DNA of 64,000 bases. It comes from Bugula neritina (taxonomy: Eukaryota; Animalia; Bryozoa). The translations under genes and the position numbers were made by a program. Numbering within the stretch: position 1 is the stretch's first letter; each line of letters opens with the position of its first letter. Of the stretch, positions 53,002-64,000 are shown piece after piece. The notes beneath the pieces are model-generated. The model did no database searches. It was not told the DNA's origin and saw only the letters and a program-made list of their open reading frames with translations. Location: positions 4,392,722-4,456,721 of the forward strand of contig OZ037766.1 in assembly GCA_964035545.1 (NCBI GenBank), read 5' to 3'.

Positions 53002-55211
53002 ATGGCATACTACAACTCATATAAACCTAAATCTGACAAGCCTGTGTTCTACGATGATGACATGTTTGCTTCAAAACAGATTAGAAATTTCGATGATAGA
53101 AATATGGTGGCAGGAAACTCTTTGGTCCCATATGCTTACAACTCTTCACCACCGGCAAAGAAGAGCATGAGCTTTTTAACTACACAAGAGCTATTTAGTT
53201 ACAGGGCAATACCAGCAATTGGAGTTGTCGCCTATATTGGTAGTGCAATTGGAGCTATTGCTCATCATGATACCTTTGAATCGTAAGTTTGCTTTCAGCT
53301 CTTAGAATTGAAGGAAAAGTTATGTTAGCAACTATACAACAATATTTCCATTATATTAGCTACTTTATACCATACACATTCAAACGATTGCCAATAATTC
53401 TTGCATTAGCACTATAGACAACTCAAATGAATGTGAGCTTGGCAATTATTTAAAATATGTAATAAATAATTGTGATTTTCATAAAACATGCAATTTATAA
53501 TTTAAATAATAGTTTATATATTATATCTCAGCTTGTATTATCCTACACTGTTGAATGCCTTAAAATTCAACACACACAGCTGCTTATTGTAAACATTAGT
53601 GAACTGTTTTTGACTTTCACAGCTGGTTTGGATCAGAATACACGGCAATTAATGTGTTGAACACATTGACAGCTACATCCATATTTGGAACTGCCTGTTA
53701 TATTTATGGAAGAAGACATGTTCGCCATTCCGGAGCTTTCCAAAGAGTTGTCTACCCTGTTTATGGATCTATCATCTTCAACTGTGCCTCCCACTTTAAC
53801 TGGGCACTCATCAAGGTAGCCAAGGAATTTCTACTGTATAATGTGTTATTTTTACGGCTTACATTCCCAACCCCCATTAGAAACTCAATGCCTAGTGAGA
53901 GGGTGGTTTAGGCTAAGAGTTGCTGCTATCACCATGGTTGAATATAGTTTGAGGTTTTGTGGTACTCAGAAGTTATTATCACCAATGACAGTGTCATATC
54001 AAACCAGTGACTTGTCCGGCATAGTTTCCTTTTAAAGATCAAACACTGTCAGGTCAGATTGCTGCATGCCTGATTATCTATAGCATATCCCACAGCTAAA
54101 TATTTTATAAATCCTATAATGTTGATGGAAATAGACAATGTTGCAAATGCTACTACACCATTGGGTATTTAAGATTTGAAGAAATATATGACTATTCGTT
54201 AGCATGTCACTGGAGATAGGAAAGTTGGTGTGAAGGAAATTGATCATAGTAGTTTATATAATTCAGTTTTCACTTTTATATTGCTGCAAGTTGCTTAAAA
54301 GTGAAACATTTTACGAAATCAATTAAAGCTATTTTCCTTTTGTCTCAATCAACAAATTCTTCAATAATAACAACCGCAGAGTTTAATTATTCATCATAAA
54401 TTGAAAGACATGCTGAAAAAATATTGATTGCATATAAGAAAGTTTGTATTTCGTAATTGCTCCTTGGTGATTTTTTTTATAATTATTCATGAGAATTGAT
54501 TATATAAATTTCTATATTTGATTACAATCTTAAGCAAAATATACTGCACACATATGCTTTGATAATATGTTATTACTTAATATACTGTGCAATAACATAG
54601 ATACATGGAAGAGTTATGCATAATAGACCGAAACACTGCTGCTACCTTGTTGTGCACCATTATATTATTATAAGCCAGTTGCTGCACTTTAATTTACAAT
54701 AATATATTATATGTTATAGAATATGAGTTGCCACTTTATATAAAAGGTCTGTTTGGTGGAACAATTGGTTACATAGCCTAGATATGCGCTGAGATAGCTA
54801 TTTACTTGCATTTAATATAATTTATTAGCAACTTGAATATGAGGTCAATAGTGTACTGACTATATAGCAGAATTCACCTCTTTGACAGTGATTTGTTATT
54901 TTATTCAAGTTTTTGTACTGCAAATTGAATATTCTACAATGTCTTTCAATTAAATTTCCTAATTTGATAATGCTTTACCATAAATTATATATACTTTCCC
55001 TTGTATGTTTCTTTTTTAGTTCGTTGTTTACGATATAAATTGAGAATGAAGCTGTTTAATTTGTTACATATTCACTGGACTAAATTTGCAGGAACTATTA
55101 AAAGACCAGAAGGTGTTCGACAACCACTGGAAATGCATTGCTGGAATACTGAGTGGATTGACATTCATGTATGTTGGCAGAAGTTACCTCAAGTTTGTAG
55201 ACCAATGGTAA
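53002..55211 (+). CDS. Uncharacterised ~4-TM membrane protein; exons 53002-53282, 53623-53815, 55092-55211; 197 aa
   Basis: Phase-consistent splicing. Hydrophobic segments IPAIGVVAYIGSAIGAIA, VLNTLTATSIFGTACYIY, VVYPVYGSIIFNCASHFNWALI, CIAGILSGLTFMYVG; ends RSYLKFVDQW*. Confidence 0.75.
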
Positions 55212-56461
55212 TAGAAATTTCAACCTCAGATTTTATTCGAAAATTTTCTTCTGCTTTCGTAGCCATTAAAGTAATTTTAACTTATATGTATGTTTGTCTC
55301 TCAATAAACTTTTCGTAATTTAAACAGTCATATTTATTCTTGTCAAGTCAGTTTTAGAAGACAGGCATTGCAGGTGCTATCAGCCCTGGTAATGACCCCA
55401 AAACATGATAGTTTGGAAGCATTACATATACCATTTTTTTTATTATATTGATAACATTTTAACTCATGCTTAATATAATTAACAGATGCTAATTGCATCA
55501 AGATAATAATATTATGTTGATAACAGAGTTAGCTGGACATGTAATATATTTTTTCATTTCAAAAGAGGAATAAAGGAGTTAAGATTACTATAATAAACAG
55601 ATACAGTTATTTATATTCTATCAATCTCACTGTCAGCTAACCAAAATAAAAATTCATGAATCAATAGTCATGCTCAATAATGGAGGAAATGGATTTGGAA
55701 ATAAACAATACATTATAATTTTTTCAGTTTAGTTTGTTATCAGCTTATGTAGCTACAGAGTTTATGAATACAGCATTAGTCAATCTCTTCATGTCCCAAG
55801 TACCAATAAAACAATGATGAAAGAATAGCTATTGTATTATAGGTTGCTATAACATATACCTTAATGTATGGATACATCCTGTTAATAGTTTATATTGCTG
55901 GAAGAAATTACAGTTTACACAGCTTGTATGAATACAAGGAAAGCACATAATATATGAGGTAAAGTGACTTTTTAAGCGAAAAATATAATAAAATACTACA
56001 CAGAAAATATTTTTAGCACAACAAAGTTTAGTCCATTTTCCACTACAAAGTATGATTCATTACAAAGAAATGTCATTATGGTGTGCTGTAATGATTCTGG
56101 TTTAAACTTTAAGAAAAATTATCAGAGTTTGTTTTTTAATAGTTGTTCAACTATGTTAAAACATAATATTAAATAAAAAGAATCATGTAATAAAATTTCT
56201 ATAAAGTGCTCTTTGATAATAAGTGGTTCGTGTCAACACTTGGTTAGCATCAGGGAGACAAAACTAAATTTTATATACCCTCACTTTTAAAATAACATTT
56301 TGTTTTTGTTTTCAGCCTTTTAAATTGCATTTAAACTTTTATTTTACTTACAAGTCAAACTACACTTGAGCATGGCATATCTCGTAAGCTATAGTTTAAT
56401 ATTGATCATCTTAAAAGAAGTAGAAAACATTACTTTAATCTTGTATTTTTTGAAGTAAATG

Positions 56462-57238
56462 CTACATAGTGACTAAAGCGTAGTCATTTTTCCGAGAGTT
56501 GCTAGCTGATCTAGGTCTTCTCGGAGAACTTCTCAGTCTCAGTCTGCCAGCTGTCATTGGCTGTGCGGTGGAGGCCCTAACTAGGGCCTGCTCTTTCACA
56601 CCATCAACTATCAGTTTATACTCTTTGCCATCACAAGCAAAGAATCGCAAGATGGCCACTCTCCACCCCAGAGCAGGCATTGGTAATGATAGTCGCTTCT
56701 TTTCAATCTCATTGAACATGGCATATGTTTCAGGCCGAGAATCTGTTCGAGATATGCATCTTATCTCCAAATCATTTAAGGAGGTTATAAATGTATTCCT
56801 ACAATTAGAAGAAAAAGGTTTGTATTAAGGTTCACCATAAAACTCAAAGTGTATCAATTTCTTACAAATTAAAAAGTTGTGCATCGATAAAATGTAAATA
56901 GTTTCAGTATCAATAAACGTTCACCTTTTTTCTTGCCATAAGCATCTGCCAATGATTGGTTCAATACCTCTACCTTGGTCATCACATACAGTGAGCACTC
57001 GCTTGCCCATGTATTTAAACCTAAAGTCAGCCAGCGTTAAACCATTCGATGGAATGTATACATCGTGCCAAGATAGCAAGTTCTCGTCTTTTGACAGAAT
57101 ATGCATTGTCAGCTTAAAATCGTAACCAGGCATCCGGGTAACAACCGAGCTTTTCATTATTAATCCGACAATAATTTGTTTAATAGCTAACCCAGACCGA
57201 GATATGAGATCTGATATAGTTGTAGACATGATTGTCAT
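56462..57238 (-). CDS. Hypothetical protein, two coding exons (57238-56925, 56798-56462), ~216 aa
   Basis: Two long ORFs joined in phase 2 by a 126-nt GT-AG intron; pyrimidine-rich acceptor just upstream (~57255); coding-like GC. No family recognised. Confidence 0.65.
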
Positions 57239-58638
57239 GTCTTCATTCAACTACTGACAACAAAACAAACGTGCAGATAACATGAGCAGAATAATGTGTC
57301 AGTCAAAACTATTAATACACTGAATGGATATAAGAAAATACTATAACATGTACAAATAAGATGATTGATTTTTATACTTTATTGATCACCTCCGTGCAGC
57401 TGTTATTATAGAATCAACGTAATAATGCATAATGAATTCATTGTAAGCTGAGAGCATTGTTCGATTGTTTACCATAAATTTACTGTGAATAATGAAAGAA
57501 GCATGTGATGTCATTGGTGAGAAGTTAAATGAAATCACAGAGCCTCCTACAACTACAACTCAGTCCCCAAATTCTGATAAAAACGAAAAACATCCGGATG
57601 ACTTTTTAAAGAAATTTATTATTAATAATAATCATTGTTTCAGTTACAAAAACGCTACATTATTTTCTACTCAGTAGAAGATGATACTAAAAAATTGACA
57701 ATTATAACATACTGAAAAGCTGAGAAAACTTGACTACTGTAATTAAAAGGGTGAAGCCCCTAGTTCAGATAACATTTACAGAATAACTGGTGACTTTATA
57801 ATATAAAATTAAGAAAACATTTACTATAAAATAATACAAAGAAATATAATCTATTTGATAATGACTGCCACCAGAAAAAAAATTGTTGAGCATTATTTTC
57901 TCATCTAGTATGCAAAAAACCTTAATAATTGAATAGGCTTTGATTAAATATCTGCTCAGTAAATATAAAAGTACACTAAACAAGAGAGTAGGCGGAGACT
58001 ACAAGCCTAGTAAGCATTGGTAAGCTTGAAGGCAGTGAATAATAGAGCTGGTTGATAACTGCTGACAAGTAAAACACCAGAAGCAGATTTAACCACTAAA
58101 ATACAACTAAAACTGATATGGAGTAAAATTTCAACAGTAAAAGCTGACTGGCTGCACTAACCGTGACCAGCCTGCATGGAACCATCTTATATAAAATTAC
58201 AAATCTGGGATGGGTGCTGGAAATGTATCCAGTTGGAGAAACAAAGATAGAATGAGAATACGATGACTACCATAAATATAATATCTCCTAAGCTAGATAG
58301 CCGAAAGTTCACCAGGTGATTCCCCATAGAAGTCAATAAAATGGTACACTGATATAAAACACTAGTGACAAAACAGAACAATAATAAAGAGAAGAAAAGT
58401 TCACAATATTCTTAGCTGACAAGCTATATGGATTATTATTGCATTAGGAATTTACTTACAAACCTATTGTTGTTTACAATCAAAAGAAGATACTTGGAGA
58501 TGCAGTAGTAGCAAACCTATGTACATACACAACTAAGTGTCCCTCAGCAATACTAACCTATCACTCAAAATCCAAGATAATTCTTTAGACTTACAGTAAA
58601 ACAATAAAATAAGGCTGCTGTACAGTGAGTTAGAGAGT

Positions 58639-61600
58639 TTAGACATCTGCTTGGTGACGAGACGGTTGACCACCTTGGCCGTACTGACCAATGAAAGAGC
58701 CATCTTCATTGTACCTTCCTGGGTCCACATCGCCGTATTCGTCTAGACTGCCAGTGTCCGACTCCATGGGTTTGTCACTAAAGTTCATAGAAGCTCGGCT
58801 GCCTTTGATAGGGTTTTGGTCACTGAAATACAAAGAACAACACTTTAGCATAGGGTGGGAATGTCTTAGATACTTTAGCACAGGGTGGGTGGAAATACTT
58901 AGGATGTTTTAGCACAGGGTGGGTGGACATACTAAGGATACTTTAGCACATCGTAACCCATGCACTCATAAAAGTAGAAATGGTGGAAAACCGGCATCAC
59001 AACAATTAAAATATAATCTGTTGAAACACCAAATCTCCCCCAGCAAGTAAGATGTTGCAACATAATTGAATTTACAATTGAAAACTGGCTCTAGTATAAT
59101 GAATGAGATGCCAGCCAATTTCCATCAAATGAAAATACAGTGACCACAAGTTACCTCATAGCATATTATGTTCGACTTTCCAATGCAACACCCTTTAGCA
59201 TGGTTAAAATGAGTCAATGAAAAAACAATCAATAGTATGTTTTATAAATTTTCAACAAATGAAAATGTTTGTTCTCATTTGGCAAGCATGTTCTACATAA
59301 AATAAATAACTCAATTTACATTCTAAGCAAAGGCTAATAGAAATCTTCAAAAAAGAAGCCAATTCTGATTTTTTTTCATATTAAATATATATTATCTACT
59401 CTATTAAATCAGGATTTAGCTCAAATTATAAACTATTACTAATGATTGAATATTTTTAGCAAAAACCTCAAAAACACCTCCAGGGGTTTGTGAAGCGATT
59501 TCTGTTTTAAAGGTCCACATTACACCTAATTCAACATCACTTTGTAGCAAGTTACTAAAACCACTAGGGAAAAGATATTTCAATCAATCATTTTGACTTA
59601 ATTAACTAGAAGAAAAAAATTTCCCTTTCACCAACTAACCAGCTACATCTACTACGTCTACTGAACCACCAGACATTTAGACATGACGGTTATTTCTATG
59701 ATTATCAGACAATTACAAAGGAACATGAAGCAGTATGACTGGAGTAAGCAAGGATGTCTAGAAGCATGCAGCCTGGAGATATAAACAGAAGACATGACAG
59801 CTTAGGGAGGATGTTGAGTCATTCCAAAAAAGAAGGCAACTGCTAAATGAACAGATGCGGAGCAGTAACTCAGCAATGAACTGTTACTATGCATTGGATG
59901 ACTTGCCACCAGCCATGCTTGGATATTTCAAACAAAATCAGAAGCATTTCTCAGAAGCCAGAGTGAGGCAATCAGAAAAGAAACCCATCACAGGAGTTCA
60001 AAACATTTCATTAGTTTATACCAAATCTTAATATTCAGTTTTATGTTAATTTTTTGTTCAACCCAATGACATTTGTTGGCTTGCATTCCCTATAACTGAA
60101 GATAATAAACAAGAGTACCTATTTACTAAGGAAAGATAACTCTTAAGCATCTATGTTAATGTTTTTACACACTTTTATTAGAAATAGTTTTCAATCAATC
60201 GAATAGATATTGGAGCTTTGATATTCGAATTTCTCACTTATGACTATAATCAGACTATACAAATACCAAATTAATACAGTCATAATAAAGAGCAGTGGTG
60301 AAGAATAGTACCTATACTTTATATATCAACATTCAAACAGGGAAAATCAATTTAACATAACATCCAAATAGTACTTCCGCTAACTAGACAGGGAAGGTAA
60401 AGTTACAGCTAGTCAGTCTGAGATTAACTGTATAGAGGAATGGCGAATAGAGGGATAGTGTTCAAGGAATGCGGCAAGATAATAAGCCCATTGGCAGTCT
60501 TATTCATTCTAAAGTAATCAAATCAATTTGATGATCAGCAAGCAATAGCCAAACCAATGATGAAGAACATAAGATTACAGCAGTGGAATGATATAGTGTC
60601 AACACTAAACTCATAAAATAAAGAGATTGGAGAGTTGAAATTTAAGAAAGGTGTGAGCAGTAAAAGGTAACCAGAGAGCTCACACGGTGTAGCGTGTAGA
60701 AATGGGACACCGGGTGAGGCCCCGATGTACAGCTTGTAGGTTAACATAGAAACCAGGTTGATGATGAGAAGTAAATAAGTTGGTGAGCTGCGTTGGTGCT
60801 GAGTGCCTGATAGCAGGCGGGTAGCTACGTTACGCCATGCTACTGCAGTGGTGCCCCTTTGCATATACTTACAGGTATATATGAAGAGAGAGCAGGTTGC
60901 AGGCGTGTTTACATGTAGCCTAGCTGCGTTTGAGAGTTTATATAGTCTGGAGATCTATGAGAAACAATTGATACAGTTGTTGAGTAATTTCCTGGTTACA
61001 AAATATTCCCTAACCTAGTCTAGGCTAATCACTGGCCTATCAGATCACAGCACTGCTACCAGTAGGTTGTCTACTCACTAAATACTATGCTGTTGACTGG
61101 CACATAACTTCGCTACTTATTATGCGTGTATTATTAGTCATCTATAATCAGGTGTAAGTGGAGGGTTGAGGCAGTTCTAACTAGGTCACTGATCTAATTA
61201 TATAGGTGACCTATTATTATTTCAGTACAGATATGAGAGGTAAAGGTGCTTTCGGTGACATCATACTAATAATAACTAGAGATACAAATCTGAGAACCAA
61301 TAGAAATGCCAAAGTTGCTAGAATTGAAATCATGCTAATAACCGAGTAGCACACTAAACCCAGTGAAATGCCATCTGCTCAAATGTTTTTTGACAACTCA
61401 CTGCAAGTTCTGGCATTTGTCAAAATGTCACCCACTAATGACTAACTGAAAGCAAAGCATAGTTCCCTGCTCAAACCTATCTCTTTACCGGAAGCACCCG
61501 TAATATTACCGCTGTACTAACATAAGGTGTATAATCAGGGTAGAAGTTTGAGATGAAAAAGAAATGAGATGATTGGTTATTTCAAGGAGACAAGTGACTG

Positions 61601-63566
61601 AAGGATGATCGCTGACCTACATATGTGACCTTAAAACACTTACGGTCGAGTGTAGTCTGAGAATCCGTACGCTTCCATTTCTTCCTGGGGGTTGTGACCA
61701 GCCTTCCTCTCATTTTCATCAACTGCATAAGACAAGGAAGATATGTTTTTCAGACTATGATGAAGTGCACATGACTCAGTATATTACATGAAAAGATATG
61801 CTTGATTTGAAAAGCAGTCTTGCATCAAGTCAAAGCAAACTGTAATAAGCGCTGTTATCAAAGGATTCAAGTGCATTGTATGTATTTTCAAACACAAATT
61901 CCTAGTTTAACACATAAACCATGTTATCAGAAAGATGTGAACTGGTCATTGCGACAGTGACACTATCCCATGTATCTCTGTGTCAATATAAAACATGCAT
62001 TGGGAAACCCTTTCTACTGGTTCAACACACAGTTCCTTCCAACAGTTTCAACTTGGTGAGTTTAGACCAGTCATGCTTCACATGGATGGTACAGGGAAAT
62101 GTTACCAACTAGAGGGTGCTGATTTAAGTCAATGAGATGAACAAACACATGGCTGACACATAAAACTAAATGCATTCCACAATAAAAGATGAGGAAGCAA
62201 CATGCTGTGCCTAGCCAATAAACCAGGCAGTTGAAAGATACACAAATACGACATGTAGATGCAGAGAGACAGACTTTTGCTTAGCTTAGGTTTACAATGT
62301 CCAGTTTACCAGTGCTTATCATGAAACTTATACCTACTGGAACTAAAGCTATCCCCACCCATCATAAACAACATTAGTCTAAAACTGCAGCTAATAACCA
62401 ACTATGTTGTGAGGTTACAGTTTAACATCAAAAGAGTTATAATCTTGTAACATTACTCAGAGTTCTTATTGAGAACTAGCTTTAGGCAAACATTAAAACC
62501 TGAAAGATTTCTACAACACCGCATACAGGGTTACTGGGGTTAATTTCATTAATAAACTTTTGGCCTTCATTTAATAGCTGATGAAACATCGGCCTAGCAA
62601 AGGAGCCTAAAGAAAGAAATATACATGCACCATAAAGGGTAACAGGGAAACTGCTGCTTTACAATGGTTAGTGAGGGCATTAAAGTAAAAGCATATAGAG
62701 AGGGACTGAAAGGAGAACAACAGAGACAAGGTGTGAGAGGCACCCTAGTTATTCGTGTGAGTGGAGAGCAAGGAGCAATTACTCTACCGTAGTACTGTTC
62801 GCCCTGCATCTTCCTCATATAACAGTGTATCAACACTATTAGCAAGATGAGGAAAAGAACTCCCCCAGCAATACCAATGATGAGTGCATACGGCACTGGG
62901 GGCGGCGGAGGAGGGGGAGCAGGCGGAGCTACAAATAGCAACGAGAATATTACAGCTAGAAGACAATCTATATCTTACCATAGTACTGCTCGCCCTTGTT
63001 TTTCTGCACATAACAATTTATCAACACAATGAGCAGAATTAGAAAGAGGAGACCGCCAATTGCTCCAAAAATCAGGGGGTAGTGAGCAAATCCAGCCGTG
63101 GTCGGTGCAGCGGCTGGCTCTACAAGACATACAATGATCTACATACTTGTACGGACAATGCAATGGTTACAGTGTAGTGTCTCACAATATTACAGAGAAA
63201 AGACGCATGAGCTGACAGGCTGTTGAAGTGTTAGAAACCTGCTATAAAATCCATGTGAAGGCAATAAGCTGAGCCTCAAGAACAAATGAAGCTAAAATGT
63301 ATATTTTTGTCATGACAGGTAAAACAAACAGTAGTCTCAGGTCCCTGGTTGAGGGATGGGGGTAGCAAGACACCCTACTTACTATCAGCGAGATCAAAGA
63401 GCACGGGATCACTTTGAATTGTCTTAGTAAAATCCCCAAAAAGAGAATAGGTAACCACGCAGTGCCACTTGCTCGCCCTCAGGTTACGGGCGTTATCACT
63501 GCCATCAGGATCAAGAGAGAGTGACATCCTTATTACTCCATTATTATTTGGAGATATATCTACGGC
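58639..63566 (-). CDS. Nrg: L1CAM/neuroglian-family cell adhesion molecule, 3' exons: 63566-63383, TM exon A 63119-62979 or TM exon B 62928-62788, 61722-61644, 58822-58639; 5' part outside window
   Basis: TM followed by KGEQYYVDENE (cf. L1 KGGKYSV), then GFSDY and SLDEYGD...YNEDGSFIGQY (L1-family ankyrin-binding FIGQY). Confidence 0.9.
58842..58950. repeat. ~33-bp tandem repeat (TTTAGCACAGGGTGGG...) next to the last L1CAM acceptor
   Basis: About 3.5 copies, each with GGGTGGG. Confidence 0.8.
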
Positions 63567-63695
63567 CTAAAACAAATATAATTCTATAATCACTACGACC
63601 ACAGCCTCAATTTACAACTGCTCAGCATAGTTTCCACATGGCTATTTGTAGATGCTCTTGTTATGATTGGCTCAGGGCTAAAATTTGAAAGTTTA

Positions 63696-63735
63696 GGGAC
63701 ACATGTGGCCCTGGGGTCTTCAGTTTGACAACCTG
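63696..63735 (-). mobile_element. Possible relic end of a hAT-type non-autonomous DNA transposon
   Basis: Minus strand CAGGTTGTCAAACTGAAGACCCCAGGGCCACATGTGTCCC resembles hAT termini (CAGGGGTGTCAAAC...GGGCCACATGCGGCCC); partner end not found. Confidence 0.3.
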
Positions 63736-64000
63736 GGCCCAATTTTCTCAGCAAAATGTGCTGTTAATGGCTGTGGCATAGTCAAAGGTTGGTATTTGCT
63801 ACTTTTTGGAGAAAAAATTAGATAGAGATGAAAAAAGTTTTAATTTATGTTTGAAACCACTTGATGTAATTGGTTTAATCAGTTCACCAAACAGACTGTA
63901 CCGCTCAGAAGTGTGAATACATGGAAACAGTCGGTTCAAGAAAACAACCTCAAGTATTACAGCCTTCACAAATGTTGATGAACTTCACTGACGATGAGTT

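Noticed and set aside
54720-54820. Alternative last exon of the membrane-protein gene
   Set aside because: Phase mismatch at the good acceptor and an internal TAG; 55092-55211 fits cleanly.
56499-56828. Plus-strand ORF (also 2859-3239, 11988-12284, 58691-58912)
   Set aside because: Antisense shadows of real exons.
61489-61520. L1CAM RSLE-like micro-exon
   Set aside because: No acceptor/donor pair preserves phase 2.

Overview
AT-rich, intron-rich animal (invertebrate-like) nuclear DNA with nine protein-coding genes, reconstructed by hand from GT-AG junctions with consistent phases. In order: the 3' end of an SLC49A4/DIRC2-like MFS transporter (+); NUDCD1 (-); an unnamed 15-exon gene fusing a GCN5-type acetyltransferase, a coiled coil and a PARP-type ADP-ribosyltransferase fold (-); EEF1D (+, head-to-head, 5'TOP); DYRK4 (+, four candidate alternative first exons); MFF (-); an uncharacterised ~197-aa membrane protein (+); an orphan ~216-aa protein (-); and the 3' end of an L1CAM/neuroglian-family gene (-). 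The last carries two tandem-duplicated 141-nt transmembrane exons only 50 nt apart and a candidate stop-containing cassette that would remove the FIGQY ankyrin motif. Introns hold two tRNA-derived repeat families, a Harbinger-like MITE, long hairpins and many minisatellites, several duplicating splice sites. The most interesting items are the GNAT-coiled-coil-ART fusion (Cys-Tyr-Glu in place of His-Tyr-Glu) and the Dscam-like TM exon pair. Family assignments rest on remembered motifs; no database search was run.
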